Shown: positions 12,789 through 27,255, numbered from the stretch's first letter. The stretch is DNA of 64,000 bases from Octopus sinensis (GCF_006345805.1 NC_043006.1:80724001-80788000), one strand, 5' to 3'. The notes: generated from the sequence alone by a model not told the origin. A program made the numbers and translations.

Positions 12789-12975
12789 AGGCGCATGGCT
12801 CACTGGTTATAGCGTCGGGCTAACAATTATTAGGTAGTGAGTCCGACTCACGGACCACGCTGTGTGTTGTGTTCTTTCAGGAAACACTTTTTACGTTGTT
12901 CCAGTTCACTGACCTGTAGAAATGAATTGTGATATCACTGGTGCCATAGTGTACCGGCCTTTGCTTTTCCTTTGG
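12789..12975 (+). mobile_element. SINE family C, partial and diverged
   Basis: aggcgcatggctcactggttatagcgtcg head; body matches 51518 and 59421 in reverse. Confidence 0.75.
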
Positions 12976-13091
12976 TCAACAAGGGGGGCTTGGATTAACG
13001 GAAGGATGAGGGGAAAGTGTATCGGAAGGGGGGAGTAGGGGAGGGTGGGGATAGTGGCATCGGATGCGACAGAATATATATATATATATAT

Positions 13092-13502
13092 AGGCGCAGG
13101 AGTGGCCGTGTGGTAAGTAGCTTGCTAACCAACCACATGGTTCCGGGTTCAGTCCCACTGCGTGGCATCTTGGGCAAGTGTCTTCTGCTATAGCCCCGGG
13201 CCGACCAATGCCTTGTGAGTAGATTTGGTATATGGAAACTGAAAGAAGCATGTCGTATATATGTATATATATATATGTATGTGTGTGTTTGTGTGTCTGT
13301 GTTTGTCCCCCTAGCATTGCTTGCCAACCGATGTTGGTGTGTTTACGTCCCCGTCACTTAGCAGTTCGGCAGAAGAGACCGATAGAATAAGTACTGGGCT
13401 TACAAAAAAGAATTAGTCCTGGGGTCGATTTGCTCGACTAAAGGTGGTGCTCCAGCATGGCCGCAGTCAATTGACTGAAACAAGTAAAAGAGTAAAAGAG
13501 TA
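13092..13502 (+). mobile_element. SINE family A, full length
   Basis: Same family as 12197-12607 but in the opposite orientation. Confidence 0.9.
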
Positions 13503-14043
13503 ATATATATACAAAATTTAGAGAATGACCACTAATAATGGACAGCCTGTATGTTAGAAATAGACGTCAAACTCGTCATTTACTACGAAGAATGTGTTCT
13601 CAAATATAAATGTCATATATATATATATATTATATATATACTTGTAGTCATTGGACTCTGGCCATTATGTGGAAGCGCATTTTTTGACACGGTAGATTAC
13701 ATGGAGCCCAGTAAATATTTATTAATGTACGTATGCAGTTGTGTACGTACGCACGAACCTACGTACGTATATATGTATGTACGTAGGTAGGCTTGCACAT
13801 GTTTATTAATCTTGTCAAATATCAAAAAAGACTGCATTTCCTATCTAGAGGACGTGTATTTGTGTTTCTCTAAGAACTTTAAAGATTATCAATATTCAGT
13901 GCAACTGCCTAAATCGGATATTGTTTAACTAAGATGTTACAGACTCAGGAAATCGGCGCATTGTTGAGGACATAAAATATTCCTAGATATATCTTCCTTT
14001 TGCTCGTTTACTGATTCTAGTCTGTATATTATTATTATTATTG

Positions 14044-14082
<39 letters not shown>

Positions 14083-14083
<1 letters not shown>

Positions 14084-14860
14084 TTTGTCATGCACTTCAG
14101 ATGGAAACTTGCACCAGAGTGTTTACTCATCTGTCAAGTCACAAAAGCCTCAGATAGATAATACTTTCCTTAAAATGTGCGCAGTACCCTAGCAAGCCTT
14201 TTCTTCGTATATGATAGCGATCTTGTATGTTTTTCCCAACTATCTTAAGAAGTCTTGAATTTTCAAAGGAGTTTACCCTAATGTTTCGATTACACCTGGC
14301 GTCATGTTTGCATTACCCTCTCGCAGTCCCAGAAGTCTTGCCATTTCCACATTCAATTCAGAGTATGTAGCAATTTTTTTCAACTTGTTTGTTCAGTACC
14401 ACGATGTTCGGTACGTGATACTCATTCTATCATAAAATCGTAATCATAAAATATCGTTACTTTCTTATTCTTCTATATTTCTAAACAGGTCATATGGCTA
14501 TACCAGTTCTCCATTACTTCGTATTGGTATTTACGACATAACAGACAATGACTGTACAAGCACATATTATCATGGCGGCGCTTGAAATCTTCTTGCGAAA
14601 AACCCTCTTCACATATCATTACTAAATAGGTTACATTTTCCAGACTCTTTTTTCGCAAAGACTGCCTTTCTGGGTTTCAGAGGTTTTGTAGCAAGGCTTT
14701 CAGTGGTAGCTTTTCAAATTTTTCTTAAGCAAGATCTTTGGATTTCCTGCGTGTGTCTCCTTCAAATTGGCGATAAATTCTCATTTCCAGATCTTCATTT
14801 CCTTTCTTTTCAACTCCGGTTAAACACTTTCTAACCAAACATTTAATCTGCTTTGATACC
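14083..14860 (-). mobile_element. R4/Dong-clade LINE 3' portion, decayed
   Basis: Minus-strand FKRRHD...LCRKY...WYSH and terminal GTAHILRKVLSI*; the short 3' UTR runs into (TAA)n at 14030-14082. Confidence 0.8.
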
Positions 14861-14865
14861 TATTC

Positions 14866-15059
14866 CTCCTCCTCCTCCTCCTCCTCCTCCTCCCCCTCCT
14901 CCTTCTCCTTCTCCTCCTCCTCATCACCACCACCACCGCCACCGCCGCCGCCACCACCACCACCACCACCAACACCATCATCATCATCATCATCATCATC
15001 AACATCATCATCATCATCATCATAATCATCACCACCACCACCACCACCACCACCACCAC

Positions 15060-15125
<66 letters not shown>
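14866..15125. repeat. Composite trinucleotide block (CCT)(CAC)(CAT)(CAC)(TAT)
   Basis: Direct reading. Confidence 0.95.
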
Positions 15126-15309
15126 GCACCTTATACTTCACTCATGCATACATTTCAATTTTAATAACTGGTTTTGGTAAGGTATACACAACCAAATGGC
15201 AAGAGATTCAATGAATAATAAGGCCCATTAGGGAACTTGGAATTAGCGTTGAGAGCTAAAAAGATATTTATTAATGATGCAGTCTGACCAATTCTTACAA
15301 TAAGTAACT

Positions 15310-15518
15310 CTTTCTGTCTCTCTCTTCTTCTTCTTCTTCTTTTTTTTTTCATTTGCGTTTTCATTTCCTTTTTCTTTTTCTTTTCCGCTTTCTTCTTCTT
15401 CTTCTTCTTCTTCTTCTTCTTCTTCTTCTTCTCTTCTTCTTCTTCTTCTTCTTCTTCTTCTTCTTCTTTTTTTCTTTTTCTTTTTCTTTTTCTTCCTTCT
15501 TCTTCTTCTTCTTCTTCT

Positions 15519-15553
<35 letters not shown>

Positions 15554-15610
15554 TTCTTCGCCTTTTTCTTCTTTCTCACTCTCCCTCTTTCTCTCTCCCT
15601 CTCTCTAATT
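15310..15610. repeat. (CTT)n/polypyrimidine microsatellite
   Basis: Direct reading. Confidence 0.95.
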
Positions 15611-16168
15611 CTCCTCGAAACATTGTAACAACTAGATGTACAGAGGGCAAATATTTTGGTTATGGAAATATTTACATTCGAAAATGTGACACGAACTATG
15701 ACCCATTCTGTCGGTAATCTGACACACACACACACACACACATGCAGACACTAAGTCACATGCAGTAACACAGATAATTTGCACGCATACATATACACAC
15801 AAGCATACATATTGACAAGGACGCGCACATAAGCGCAGGCAGTTTATTATAGATAATGAACTATTTATGACAAACTTATACGCACTCATCGTAGAAATTC
15901 TACTCACAGTGATTGCTTCGAGTTAGTAATAAAATCTCTTAATTCGTTTAAGTCATGCAAACCGAGTGAAAGCAACGTGTTATCAATTCCTTCACAGCAT
16001 GGCACCATAAAATATACAATTGACGCTACCTATTCAACGGATAATGATATTAAATTCTTGTTTATACTGAATATTTCTTGAAGATTATCCATTGTGTACA
16101 AGGGGTTGTTATAGTTTATTTCCAGAAGTGTGCAGTTTGTCATGCATAGATGAATCTGAATGAAGACA

Positions 16169-16900
16169 TCAAAATTCTTCGTTCACCGATCCTGTCGTCT
16201 GCTCTCCGATTGATACCCCGTATCCATGCACGGCAACCTTGAAAGGCTCAAGAGCAGTTTGTTGCTCGATGCTTGTTCCTCTGTATGTCTGTTGAAGAGT
16301 GTCTTTGCCATGTAAAAAGTCCTGTATAACGTTCACAGCGTCCCATATTGAAACCAAGCGTTCTGTCGCGCCTAGCTTGAAAAGTCCTTTGTGGTGAAGA
16401 GCCGTGTAGAGATAATATTTGATGTCCAGTTTTACGAATATAGATCGGAAGTTGTCAGCTGCCAATTAGATATGACGGCTTCGTTATCGATCTTCTGTTA
16501 ATTAAGAACTGAAAACATATCTGTCTGTTCTCGCCACCTTTGTCTCCTCATTCACAAATTTCTGCGTAATCCTGGCTGTCGGAACACACTAATGTATATA
16601 CATGACCCGTTTGTACCCCGGACTTAATTCTATGAATATCTTCCAGTTTAGCATTAATGTGACGTCAAACACTGCTACAAATCTCAGACTGACCTGCTAA
16701 ACATTGAGTGGTGGGTTACCGCTTCGTCTCCCACATTGGCGTATTAATGAATGCTATGCAATCAATGTTGAATGAACGTCATCTAGATGGATAACGGCTG
16801 TCGCCGAATTGGCGGCTCACTCTCAGTTAGACTTCGGATCTCGGAGTGATTAAGATGTCTTTGCAGGTCTACATTTGATGCTTCCGATCTCTATCCTCTC
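16169..16900. mobile_element. Highly decayed RTE-like LINE relic
   Basis: The minus ORF 16169-16465 weakly resembles the RT motif 3-4 region. The + strand near 16770-16870 gives MQSMLNERHL/RW...HSQLDFGSR, which resembles an RTE C-terminus. Confidence 0.35.
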
Positions 16901-18674
16901 TATTCTGCTTGAACACTCCTCACTTCCAATGGCATGCTGCCCTAAGTAAATAACGATAATTGTGGTTTGGATACCATCGGTTTTTTGTCGCAATTACAGC
17001 TGGTATGGTTATACTGTTGGACTGGCAAAAAATATTGTTACAACTCTGTATTTTGATATGTGTTCTACATAGATGCTTTCTCAACTGGAAACCTGATAAA
17101 ATCAGTGGCAAACTGAAGCTGTTTCACCCGATAGGTCTCTTCTCGAGTCTATATTGGCAAAAGCAACTAGATTTGATTAGGATAGAAATTGACATTCGCA
17201 GCAATGAGACGCGCGAGATAGAATAGATTTTCAACGCATCACACTTGTCATTCTTCCAGGTTATGCATTCACTATTTCGTTTCCAGGGGGGGGGGGACAA
17301 AATATTTGCATGACTCATTTGCAATATATCTATCAACTAAACGTTATTGCTTATAGTGAACAAGAAAACGGAGCATTTAGGATTTGTGACGTTTGTTTTA
17401 TGACGTCATAAAGATTACACTATCTTTACAAAATCCAACATTGCTTATATTTATTTCATATGGGCAAAATGCTTCAGCTACACGATGACATGGAATTATA
17501 CAGACTAACATATTTATTAAGTCCAGAAAAGGACTGATATATCATTCTACCAAATGATTAAGTAGAATTTAGGTAGCGTACAAATATGGGGAGAGTCGTC
17601 AGAACGCCGATCTGATGGGACTATTTGTCCTGTCTCTGCTATTTATGTTCAATTACCGTCGAGACTAACATTAACTTTCATCCTGTTGTATTTGTTTAAA
17701 TTATCGATAGAGTATCAAAATCGTTAGCGAGTTGGATGAGTTTGTTTCTGGTATTTATTCCATCCCAGCATTTGACAGCAATGTCTGAACGATACCAGGA
17801 TGCAGATGTATCGGCATCGACCTTCCGTTAGACATCGTCGGTGTTTAACAGAGGGAATATTTGCATGCCTAAAGAACTATGTGTTCTTCACACACACACA
17901 CACAAAATACTCTTGCTCGTTCCAGAACCCTGGGGAGATACGATATGCAGAAATCCATGGTGAGCCAGAGTCTACAAACAACAAAGGTGTTTTAGATAAT
18001 TTGCAATCACCAACATTGATTGATTGATTGTAATGATTTATCTCTGTCTGATTTAATAGTTTCGAATTTTAAAAATTCCACAATTGAACTTTGTGCGCTG
18101 ATGGCGAAATGGAATATAAGGGAAACCTTCATCATGCAGTACAAAATGAAAATTCCAGTCAATAATTGACGAGATGAACGAGAACAAACACTACAAATTT
18201 ATTGAATACATTCTCCATTCAAGTCGGAAAAAATCGCCCCCTCGAAAGCATCCTTCAATGTAAATGGAAATATTAGAAATATTTCGGAGGGCCGTACCCA
18301 CCTCCAGCAAGGAAAGAATATTAGGCTCATGCTAAAAAAGATAAGGTAAGGTTTTTATAACTGTGATATAGGATTAATAATGGAGTTGTTTTTTATACAC
18401 AAGAGTAAACCACTACAATGATATTCTTTGCAAATACGATTTTTTGTTATATGTTAAGTCTTCAATGTTAAATACTAGTGATGGTGATTTGGAATTGTTT
18501 AAAAATACAACAATCTAATTTATGACCATACTATAATAAAAATTTTAAATTCTAGATAGCATGTATTCCAAGTCACTCTGTAAGTAAAATGAAACCCTTC
18601 AAGCACCCGACACTCACACATACATATGTACACACACACACACACGCACGCACGCACCCCCCCCCACACACATT

Positions 18675-18723
<49 letters not shown>

Positions 18724-20387
18724 CATATGTATACACACAAATACATACACAGATATATTTATGTATATATGATGAAAATCGACTGAAAGAGATAGGAAGG
18801 TAAAGAGTGCAACGGTTACCACATGAGTCGCAGATTCTTCAACAACCATAACCGAATTACTCAGGCAATCAGTTATATGGTCGCTAAACATAATCGTATG
18901 CACAATCACCGAAAGCAATGAAATACAAAATAAGGTCATCGAATATTAGAAATGTTTGGGAATAAATTATATTGCTCTGATATTCAGGTTTTAAACCGGA
19001 ATGAACCATACACAGATAAGCTAACCCTAACAGGGCTAAAGCGCAAACATTTAACCATCTCTTCCGGTGATTGTATAGCAACCTTATTCTCGTTCACTAT
19101 ATTCTTATGTTTTGGTACACTATATCTCAATAACCGTTGACACTATAATGTTGTGCTGATATGTCCTTTTGTGAGGTCCGCTTGTATTATGGTGGGTTTC
19201 TCGTCACCCGATTAGAAAATCTAAACTTATGGCTGAGCCACGTTAGTCATCGATGATAAGAGCATGTAAACCTAGCATGTATGAAAGAGAAACAGTAATA
19301 ATAATATGACGACAATGATAACAAGAGAAAAGGCAATACAACAACGTTAACAAGAAAATTCAAAAGCGATAGCAAACATTAACAATAATAACATTAAGTT
19401 AAGTCATTTGCGTTATTTTATTGAATTATATAAGCTAGCTCGTTTGCAAGTCAGTTGTATTTTACAGTCGTTTTACAGTAATGTTTATATAATTAAAGCG
19501 TAAGCATTCGTCAGATGTGCATATGCGATAATAGTTCCCTATATTCGCCGCTCGCAAACAGAGGACTATTTTTGAAACGTTGGATCCTTTATTATTTACA
19601 GCAGGTCAAATTACCGAACTCTCACCCGAAATCTATTATAATATATTAATGCCGTTGTAGACTACTGCATACTTTTCCCTCGGATTTTACTTCTCGATTA
19701 TGAAACCTAAAAGATGCCCTGTTGATATAATGAAATTATATGTGCATTTTAAGTGTGCTGTATTATACATAATCGCATATAGAAGCTAAAATGGGTATTG
19801 ACAACATGCCAATAGAGAGTGAGTAGGCTCTAAGCTCGCTCTGCTAATACTACTATCCCTGTCTTCCTAATACCATAATCTACCTAATAAGGCAGCGAGC
19901 TAGAAGGGTCATTAGCGCATCGGACAAAATGCTTTGCTGACCAACCAACATACTAACCTATCTATATTGTTTTCTGACTAACTGCTGATAAGCTAACATT
20001 CCCACGTATCAGCATTTTTTGCCACCTCTCCCTGCAAAAGGAAGCTTAAGACTAAAGTTGACACACCTTTATACACACACGCCTGATTACAAATTACTAC
20101 ATGCATGACTGAATTCTTAAATATCAAACAACTCCAGATTTACCCTGCTGCATAATTATCATTCAGCAGAGCTCTTCCTATCGTAGAAAATTTACCTTGA
20201 CAAAGATTACATAAAACCAAAATGAAATCAAAAGTATCACAGTTAGATGATGGTTTAGCAGAAGGAAAATTCGAGGTTACAGTCAATATTATTTTGTTAA
20301 AGAATATTATGTGTGTATGTGTGTGTGTGTCCTACCTACGATCATTAGAGTTCCAAAGCCTAGCTCCTGAGCCTCATGCCTCTACAC

Positions 20388-20423
<36 letters not shown>

Positions 20424-20644
20424 GAATATATATATATACTTTACTAATAAAGCAGCAAAAATATATAAAAACTGTTAAACTGAGTTTCACGTTCCCGTCG
20501 TCGGACAAAACTGTCCGACGAACATATTACTCTACTTCCGGTATGTGTGTGTGTGTGTGTGTGTGTGTGAAAAAATATATATGTGCACGTGTATATACCA
20601 GTCTTGATAGTGTTTCAATTCTTTGCAGTAAAAAAAAAGGGAAA

Positions 20645-20957
20645 CGCTACCCTGTCGGTTACGATGACGAGGGTTCCAGTTAATCCGGTCAACGGAGCAA
20701 CCTACTCGTGGAATTAACGTGCGAGTGGCTGAGCATTCCACAGTAAATGCGTACTCTTAACGTAGTTCTCAGGGAGATTCAATTTGACACAGAATGTATC
20801 AAGGCTTGCTCTCTGAAATACAGGCATCTCTTATTCTTGCCATCAGTGTGGACTGGACCAACTTGAAATAAATTGTCTTGCTCAATGACATAGTGCCATC
20901 AGGAATCGAACTCAGGATCATGAGACGAATAGCGTCACTACTAATCCATACGCCTAT
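20645..20957 (-). mobile_element. tRNA-headed SINE (family C-related)
   Basis: Head aggcgtatgg...gagttcgattcc on the minus strand; the actggaccaac-tgaaataaa-tgtcttgctcaa block is shared with family C. Confidence 0.7.
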
Positions 20958-21620
20958 ACTCTTTGCAGTAACGTATTATAGAATATATCTATATGTATTT
21001 TTGGTAACCATATTCTGCGGCAACTGCAATCAATGTGTGTACAGTATGTTTGATAAAAAAATGACAGCAAAGGCATACGAACGTTACGAGTTTCGTTAGA
21101 GTCGTACCTAGCCGCTGTGCACTATGTTTATCTAAATGCAAATACACAGCATATAAGTCTTTTGCAGTGAAAGTGTTAAATATGGAAATTAGTCTATTCA
21201 GTTTACTCTAACCTCTAGTTTTAGTGAGTTCATAAGAAGTGTGTGGATAGCAAATGGTAGTATGTACACTCTTGCTTTGGACGATTTAACACTTGACGAA
21301 ACAAACGTACAGATGTTCTCTGCTTTTCTCTCGACAGACATGGTACAGAATCATTGTTTTCGATCGGTCAAACACATTGAGTTCACAAAAATGTCTACTG
21401 GTATATTTTACAATACAATATACCAATATATATAACGACACATAAGTATCTATACATGAATATGAATATATAAATGCACACATAAAGATACACACATGTA
21501 TATTTGTGTGTGTATATATATATATATACATATATGTATATATGCATGTTATGTATATATATATATATATATTATATATATAATATATATATATATATAT
21601 ATGTAGATATATATATATAT

Positions 21621-21865
21621 AACTTAGAATAACTTAGAAAGGTTTTGGCAGTATTGGCCCAGGGCATGTCTAACTTAATAGCACCACCTGGCGAAGTATT
21701 TCAATTCAGGATTTGGCACCGAGGCCCATTCGAGCAGAGAGTTATTGTTTGCGGAGACATATCCGGGTGTGGGTGGATTGTCCGGGACTGTTTGAAGGAA
21801 TTTGTCCAAAGATTTCTTGAATTTTGTGTGGTCAGTTTCTTTTTTGACGTGTCCTGGTGTAACGT
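21621..21865 (-). mobile_element. 3' end of a CR1/L2-group LINE inside (TA)n
   Basis: Minus strand translates as FKKSLDKFLQTVPDNPPTPGYVSANNNSLLEW, followed by a short UTR and a TTCTAAG repeat tail. Confidence 0.65.
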
Positions 21866-21866
21866 A

Positions 21867-21932
<66 letters not shown>

Positions 21933-22479
21933 ATATATATATAATATATATATATATAATATAATATATATATATATAATATAATATATATATATACATA
22001 ACATATATATACTTACGTAAAGTTTATATTTAAATATATATCTATATGTGCTTACGTATATAAATACATATGTGTATGTGGGGGGTGGTGGGCGTGTGTA
22101 TGTGCGTGTGTTTGTGTGTGTGTGTGTGCGAATTATTTTGACTTGAGTGACTGTCGAATTAAAAAAGAAACATTGTAGTTGCTGGATAATCTTATAAATA
22201 CATCGTGACATTTTCTAATGTTTACTGTTTTGAAACTTTTAAATCAGTGACGCAGTAAATGCTGCATGCAAAAAACTTAATTAATTGTAATTTCCTATTT
22301 AAATTGGAGAAAGAAAACAAATTCTAGCGACATGTTCCCAAAATTAGGTATTCACGAGTCGCAAATGTATTCTTACAAATATGATGTCATACCGCTGCAG
22401 TATATGTGATTCAACATATTCTCAGAAAAATCGATTGATTTTGTTTTCCATATGGAATATGAAGGCGTGGTTGTGTGGT

Positions 22480-22810
22480 AAAACGTTTCATTCTCAAATG
22501 CATGGTTTCAGGTTCGGACCACAGCGTGGCGACTTCAAGAAGTGTGTTCTTCTATAGCCCCAGTCTGACCAAAACCTTGTAAGAGGATTTGTTAGAGGGG
22601 AAGTGATGAAGCTTTTCGTAAGTATGTATGGATGCATGCATGTATGAACGTATATATGTATGCATGTATGTATGCATATATGTATGTATGCATGCGTGCG
22701 TGCATGTGTGTATGTATGTATGTATGTATGTATGTATGTATGTATGTATGTATGTATGTGTGTGTGTATGCATGCATGTATGTATGTATATACGTATGTA
22801 TGTATGTATG

Positions 22811-22848
<38 letters not shown>

Positions 22849-22850
22849 TA

Positions 22851-22893
<43 letters not shown>

Positions 22894-23010
22894 GTATATG
22901 TATATATATATATGTATATATGTGTGTGTGTGTTGAGTGTGTGTGTGTGTGTATGTGTATGTGTGTCGTATGCGTGTGTGAGTGCGTGTGTCTGTCTGTC
23001 TTTGCGCAGG
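22480..23010 (+). repeat. SINE family A 5' half running into (TATG)n/(TA)n/(TG)n microsatellites
   Basis: ggcgtggttgtgtggtaa...ggttcggaccacagcgtggc...aagtgtgttcttctatagcc, then long simple repeats. Confidence 0.75.
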
Positions 23011-23392
23011 TTTGTTTATGTCACAGCATCATAACTATTGGCAAAATGACACCGACAGTCTAAGTAATAAAAAAAATTAGGGCTGATTTGTTCGCCAATA
23101 AAATACCCTCCAAGTCAGCACCCCTGCAGAACCGGAGTAAAATAGCTGAAAGAAATAAAAGAAGAAAAGATGGTGTGTGATAACGTGTCTGTGATATATT
23201 TCTTTTTGCCACTCTAACGAACAGTCCTTTGTGAATATACATAACAAATATCAACTGTGTCATCTCAAGACATTATGAACGTATATTTGGAAACTAATTG
23301 TATGCTTAGGAGTAAGAAAATACAATTCTTTTACGAGCCATGGGTAGAAAAAGTACTTTTAAAATGTTTTGTCCAGTAAAATTCACATTATT

Positions 23393-24126
23393 TATTTCTT
23401 TGTTGCCCACAGGGGGCTAAACACAGAGGGGACAAACAAGAAGAGACAAAGGGATTAAGTCGATTGCATCAACCTCAGTATGTAACTGGTACTTATTTAA
23501 TCGACCCCGAAAGGATGAAAGGCAAAATCGACCTCAGCGGAATTTGAACTCAGAACGTAGCGGCAGACGAAATACCTGTTTCTTTATTACCCACAAGGGG
23601 CTAAACATAGAGGGGACAAACAAGGACAGACACACGGATTAAGTCGATTATATCGACCCCAGTGCGTAACTGGTGCTTAATTTATCGACCCCGAAATGAT
23701 GAAAGGCAAAGTCGACCTCGGCGGAATTTGAGCTCAGAACGTAACGGCAGACGAAATACGGCTGCGTATCTCGCCCGGCGTGCTAACGTTTCTGCTACAT
23801 CACCGCATTCTAAAGGCAAAGTTGGCTGCAGTAGAATTTGAACTTAGAATATTAAAAAAGACATGATGTTGCTAATTATTTCGCCCGATGTGCTAACGAT
23901 TCTGCCAGCTCGCCGCCCTTAACATTATTCGTTTCAAATTTTGACACTAAGGGTAAGTCAATTATTTCGACTTACACCTTACAACTTGTACATTTTTTTG
24001 TCGATCGGAAGGGATGAAAGGCAAATGTCTACCTCGGTGGAATTTGAACTCAGAATCTGAAGACAGACGAAATTCCACTACCTCCATTCACCTGACGTGC
24101 TTGAGATTCTGCCAGTTCGCCGCCTT
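23393..24126 (-). mobile_element. Cluster of four same-orientation SINE family B copies or fragments
   Basis: Copies at about 23393-23576, 23579-23806, 23811-23918 and 23960-24126. Confidence 0.85.
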
Positions 24127-26889
24127 CAGTATAATTTACATAACTGAAAAATATGAGTTACAGGGAATAACTCATAAACTCCCTTGGCATGTAGATGAAT
24201 TAATTAAGGAAGCGTGCAATGTCACACGCAAACATTTTTTAAAAAATTGTTTTTAAGAAGAAATTCTAATTTATTTTGAAATTCTATAAATGTTTGTTTA
24301 AATCTCTCTGAAAATGGATTCAAATATGGGAAAATATTTGAATTTGATTGTTCTTCATTTTCAGCAATATTCTTGTTTCGATATATATTGATATGAAAGA
24401 CTGCGTAAAATCAAATGCAACAGAGACGTATTATATCGTCTACCAACGACATTTAATTATAATCCAAAGAGACATCCATACAATTTTCTAAAAGTGAAAT
24501 GCTTAATTCTTCAAATTTAGTTTTGATCCATACTGTTGCATTTCTTAAATGGTAGGATTTTAAATTAGCTTGCCTCGCTGCTAGCCAAGAAAAAAATAGT
24601 AGAAAGAAAGGAAAACATTTGTGTATTTCCTTCAAGACTTTCGCTGAGCTATTGTCAGATACTGACTGTAAAAAGCAGATATTTGTACATTTCCAATGAG
24701 AATAATGAACTATTTCAACTGATCAGGAAATTTGATCTCAAAAGAATTAAATTGTCGCTGTCAAAATATTGTTCGCCAGTCTTCTAAAATTATGTCGTGC
24801 TTCCGTAAAGATTCATGAAACATAAACCCGATTCGAAATAAAGTTTTCACTCAGTAATTTGTATCTTGAGACGAAACTGCTTAACAAAAGTATGATATGC
24901 AGCAATTGGTGGATTTCATAATGGTTGTAAAGGCCATTCTAGAAAAATTTCGATGGCTTATAACAAAGCGAATAATAAATTAAATGAAATAGATCATAAC
25001 TGCTAGCAGTTAAATCAATCTTATACGATAAACGTTACTTTCTTTCAGAAGCTTTGCGTTACATCATCAAATCTAGAGAAATGCTCAAGAGGACGCTAGG
25101 AGGGCGATATGACAAAATAAATTAGGATGAATGGACAATAGTAATATAAAAAAATATTTTATGTTTATGGATATATATGTTTATGGATATTTTATGGATA
25201 TATAAATGCATTGAATCTGTAATTGTTCAACAAATATAGATTCTATGCCGTCTAAAGGTGATTGCACAAATATTTATTGAAAGAGCATTTGGAAGGATAT
25301 ATTCAGTAAAAGACATTTCAAGAACAATAGATTAATATATGATAATTTAAGAATAATAGAGTAGTGAATGTCTGAAATGAGTGTTCAATTCTACACTTGC
25401 CATCACAGTTTAAATTATAGAATCCAGTGCCTTTTAGAAAATTCTAGAAATGCCACTTTGGATTATAATTAAATATCTTTGATAGTCGATATAACACGTC
25501 TATGTTGCAGTTGTTTTTACGCAGTCTTTTATATCAAAATATATCGAAATAGGTCATTATTTTCAACAAACATATTAAAATATCATTGTTGGTCACTTAT
25601 AAATAGATATGCAATAATGCCTATTAAGCCTGATGAGAATATTAAATTGCCAAAACCTAATGGTATCTATTTTTCTGACATGAACTAAAAATCTTACAAA
25701 AATATTTATACAACAGTTAAGTTATAAATCTTGTAAGTACGTCGACTAGAAATTTCAGGCAATTTAAAGAATTTTGAAACGATTAATAAGTGATATATAT
25801 TTATTTGTCCATGTTCTTTGAATGACAAAAAAATACTATGGTATTTTATTAACTTTAAAATAAATGTAAATATTAATTAATGTCCATAAAGCGTTGATAC
25901 ATCAACTAAAGGTCAGAATTCTTGTTATGATACGCAGTTCTTAATGACTCATTGAACTCTGGAAAAATGGGTACCAGTACAACTCACGAACATAGATATT
26001 GAGAAAACTTTATGACTGACGGATGGTTTATGAAACCATTGAGTTGAACTTAGCTCCATGTAAGAGTATAAGTTGTTGAGAAAAGTATTAAAGTATTCAT
26101 TAATTAAAAATTTGCTAGATACGCTTCAAGCACTGCTATAATACCACACGTTGTAACTTGCGGCATTTTATCAATTAATACATTTTAAAAGCTGAAGATT
26201 GATTTACTCGCATAACATGCTGATTTTCAGCTAAAAACATCAAAATAGCGTTCTTGCCGCAGCTGTGGCAATAATTACTCTTTCTGTAGACAAATGTTTC
26301 AATAGCAAACAGAGAAATATTTTTTGTAATTAAATCGATAGTTACATATGAATATTTTCTCAGCATGCAGCATTTTGACGTAAGGTAAGAGTGAAAGTTT
26401 GTCATCTCTACAGATGTTTCAATGATACTGTTACATAATATTTCAGTAGACAATCACTTTTAAACATTTAACAATGTTGGGCTACACATTCTTTATTTAC
26501 GAGATTACTATCTCAATACTTAAAAGCCAAACGTAATTTTATATGGTATTTATCGACTTTGTTACCCCTGTCACTCTATGATTATCTTTCCTTCTTTATT
26601 CCACTCGTTCCTTCTGTCTGACCTTCTCAATTTCTCTAGTATTCAGTATGAAGAGACATATAACGCATCTGAATGCAGGTTACAATCGCATAAAATCCTA
26701 CATTGCTTCACATCATATCTTAATTATTTGTACATACAAATGATCAAATTACGTAAATAAATGAAACAATATTTATTCTATACATTTAAAAGTATTCACT
26801 TTGCAATAAATGAGGTATGTGTATTTACTTTATATTATCGTAAAACCTCCTCATAATCATAAAGTTAATACTCTTCAAAATACAAACAC

Positions 26890-27255
26890 TTAAAGATAGA
26901 TGCCTAAAGTCCCCATGGGACATAAGTATTCTTTCTGCGCTAAAATTAATTCTGAACATTATCGCATATTCTACATCTGGGTAAACACTACTACTGTGCT
27001 ATCATTTTCTTGATCCATATTTGCCCTTAGAAACAGATCCTGTGCTACCAAAGTCATTCCCTGGGTCTCTTTCATCAACACATCTCTGTGTAGCCTTACC
27101 CAGACATTCTTGTTAACCCCATCGCGTTTAACTTTTTGAAAAAGAAATGAATACAACTTCTCATCAGAGTTTCACTTCTTTTCCACGTCTGCCTTGTTTC
27201 CTCTTCGGGAATTATTTAAATACTTTGAATATTCCTTCAGGTATTGCCTCAATAA
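26890..27255 (-). mobile_element. R4/Dong-clade LINE fragment
   Basis: Minus WVRLHRDVLMKETQGMTLVAQDL matches the WL..G.LK.ETEG.I.AAQDQ motif, which is also present at 57130-57170. Confidence 0.6.

Noticed and set aside
18520-18939. 139-aa hydrophobic ORF as a membrane protein
   Set aside because: Half of it is microsatellite-derived, the remainder is unrecognised, and there is no convincing splice context.
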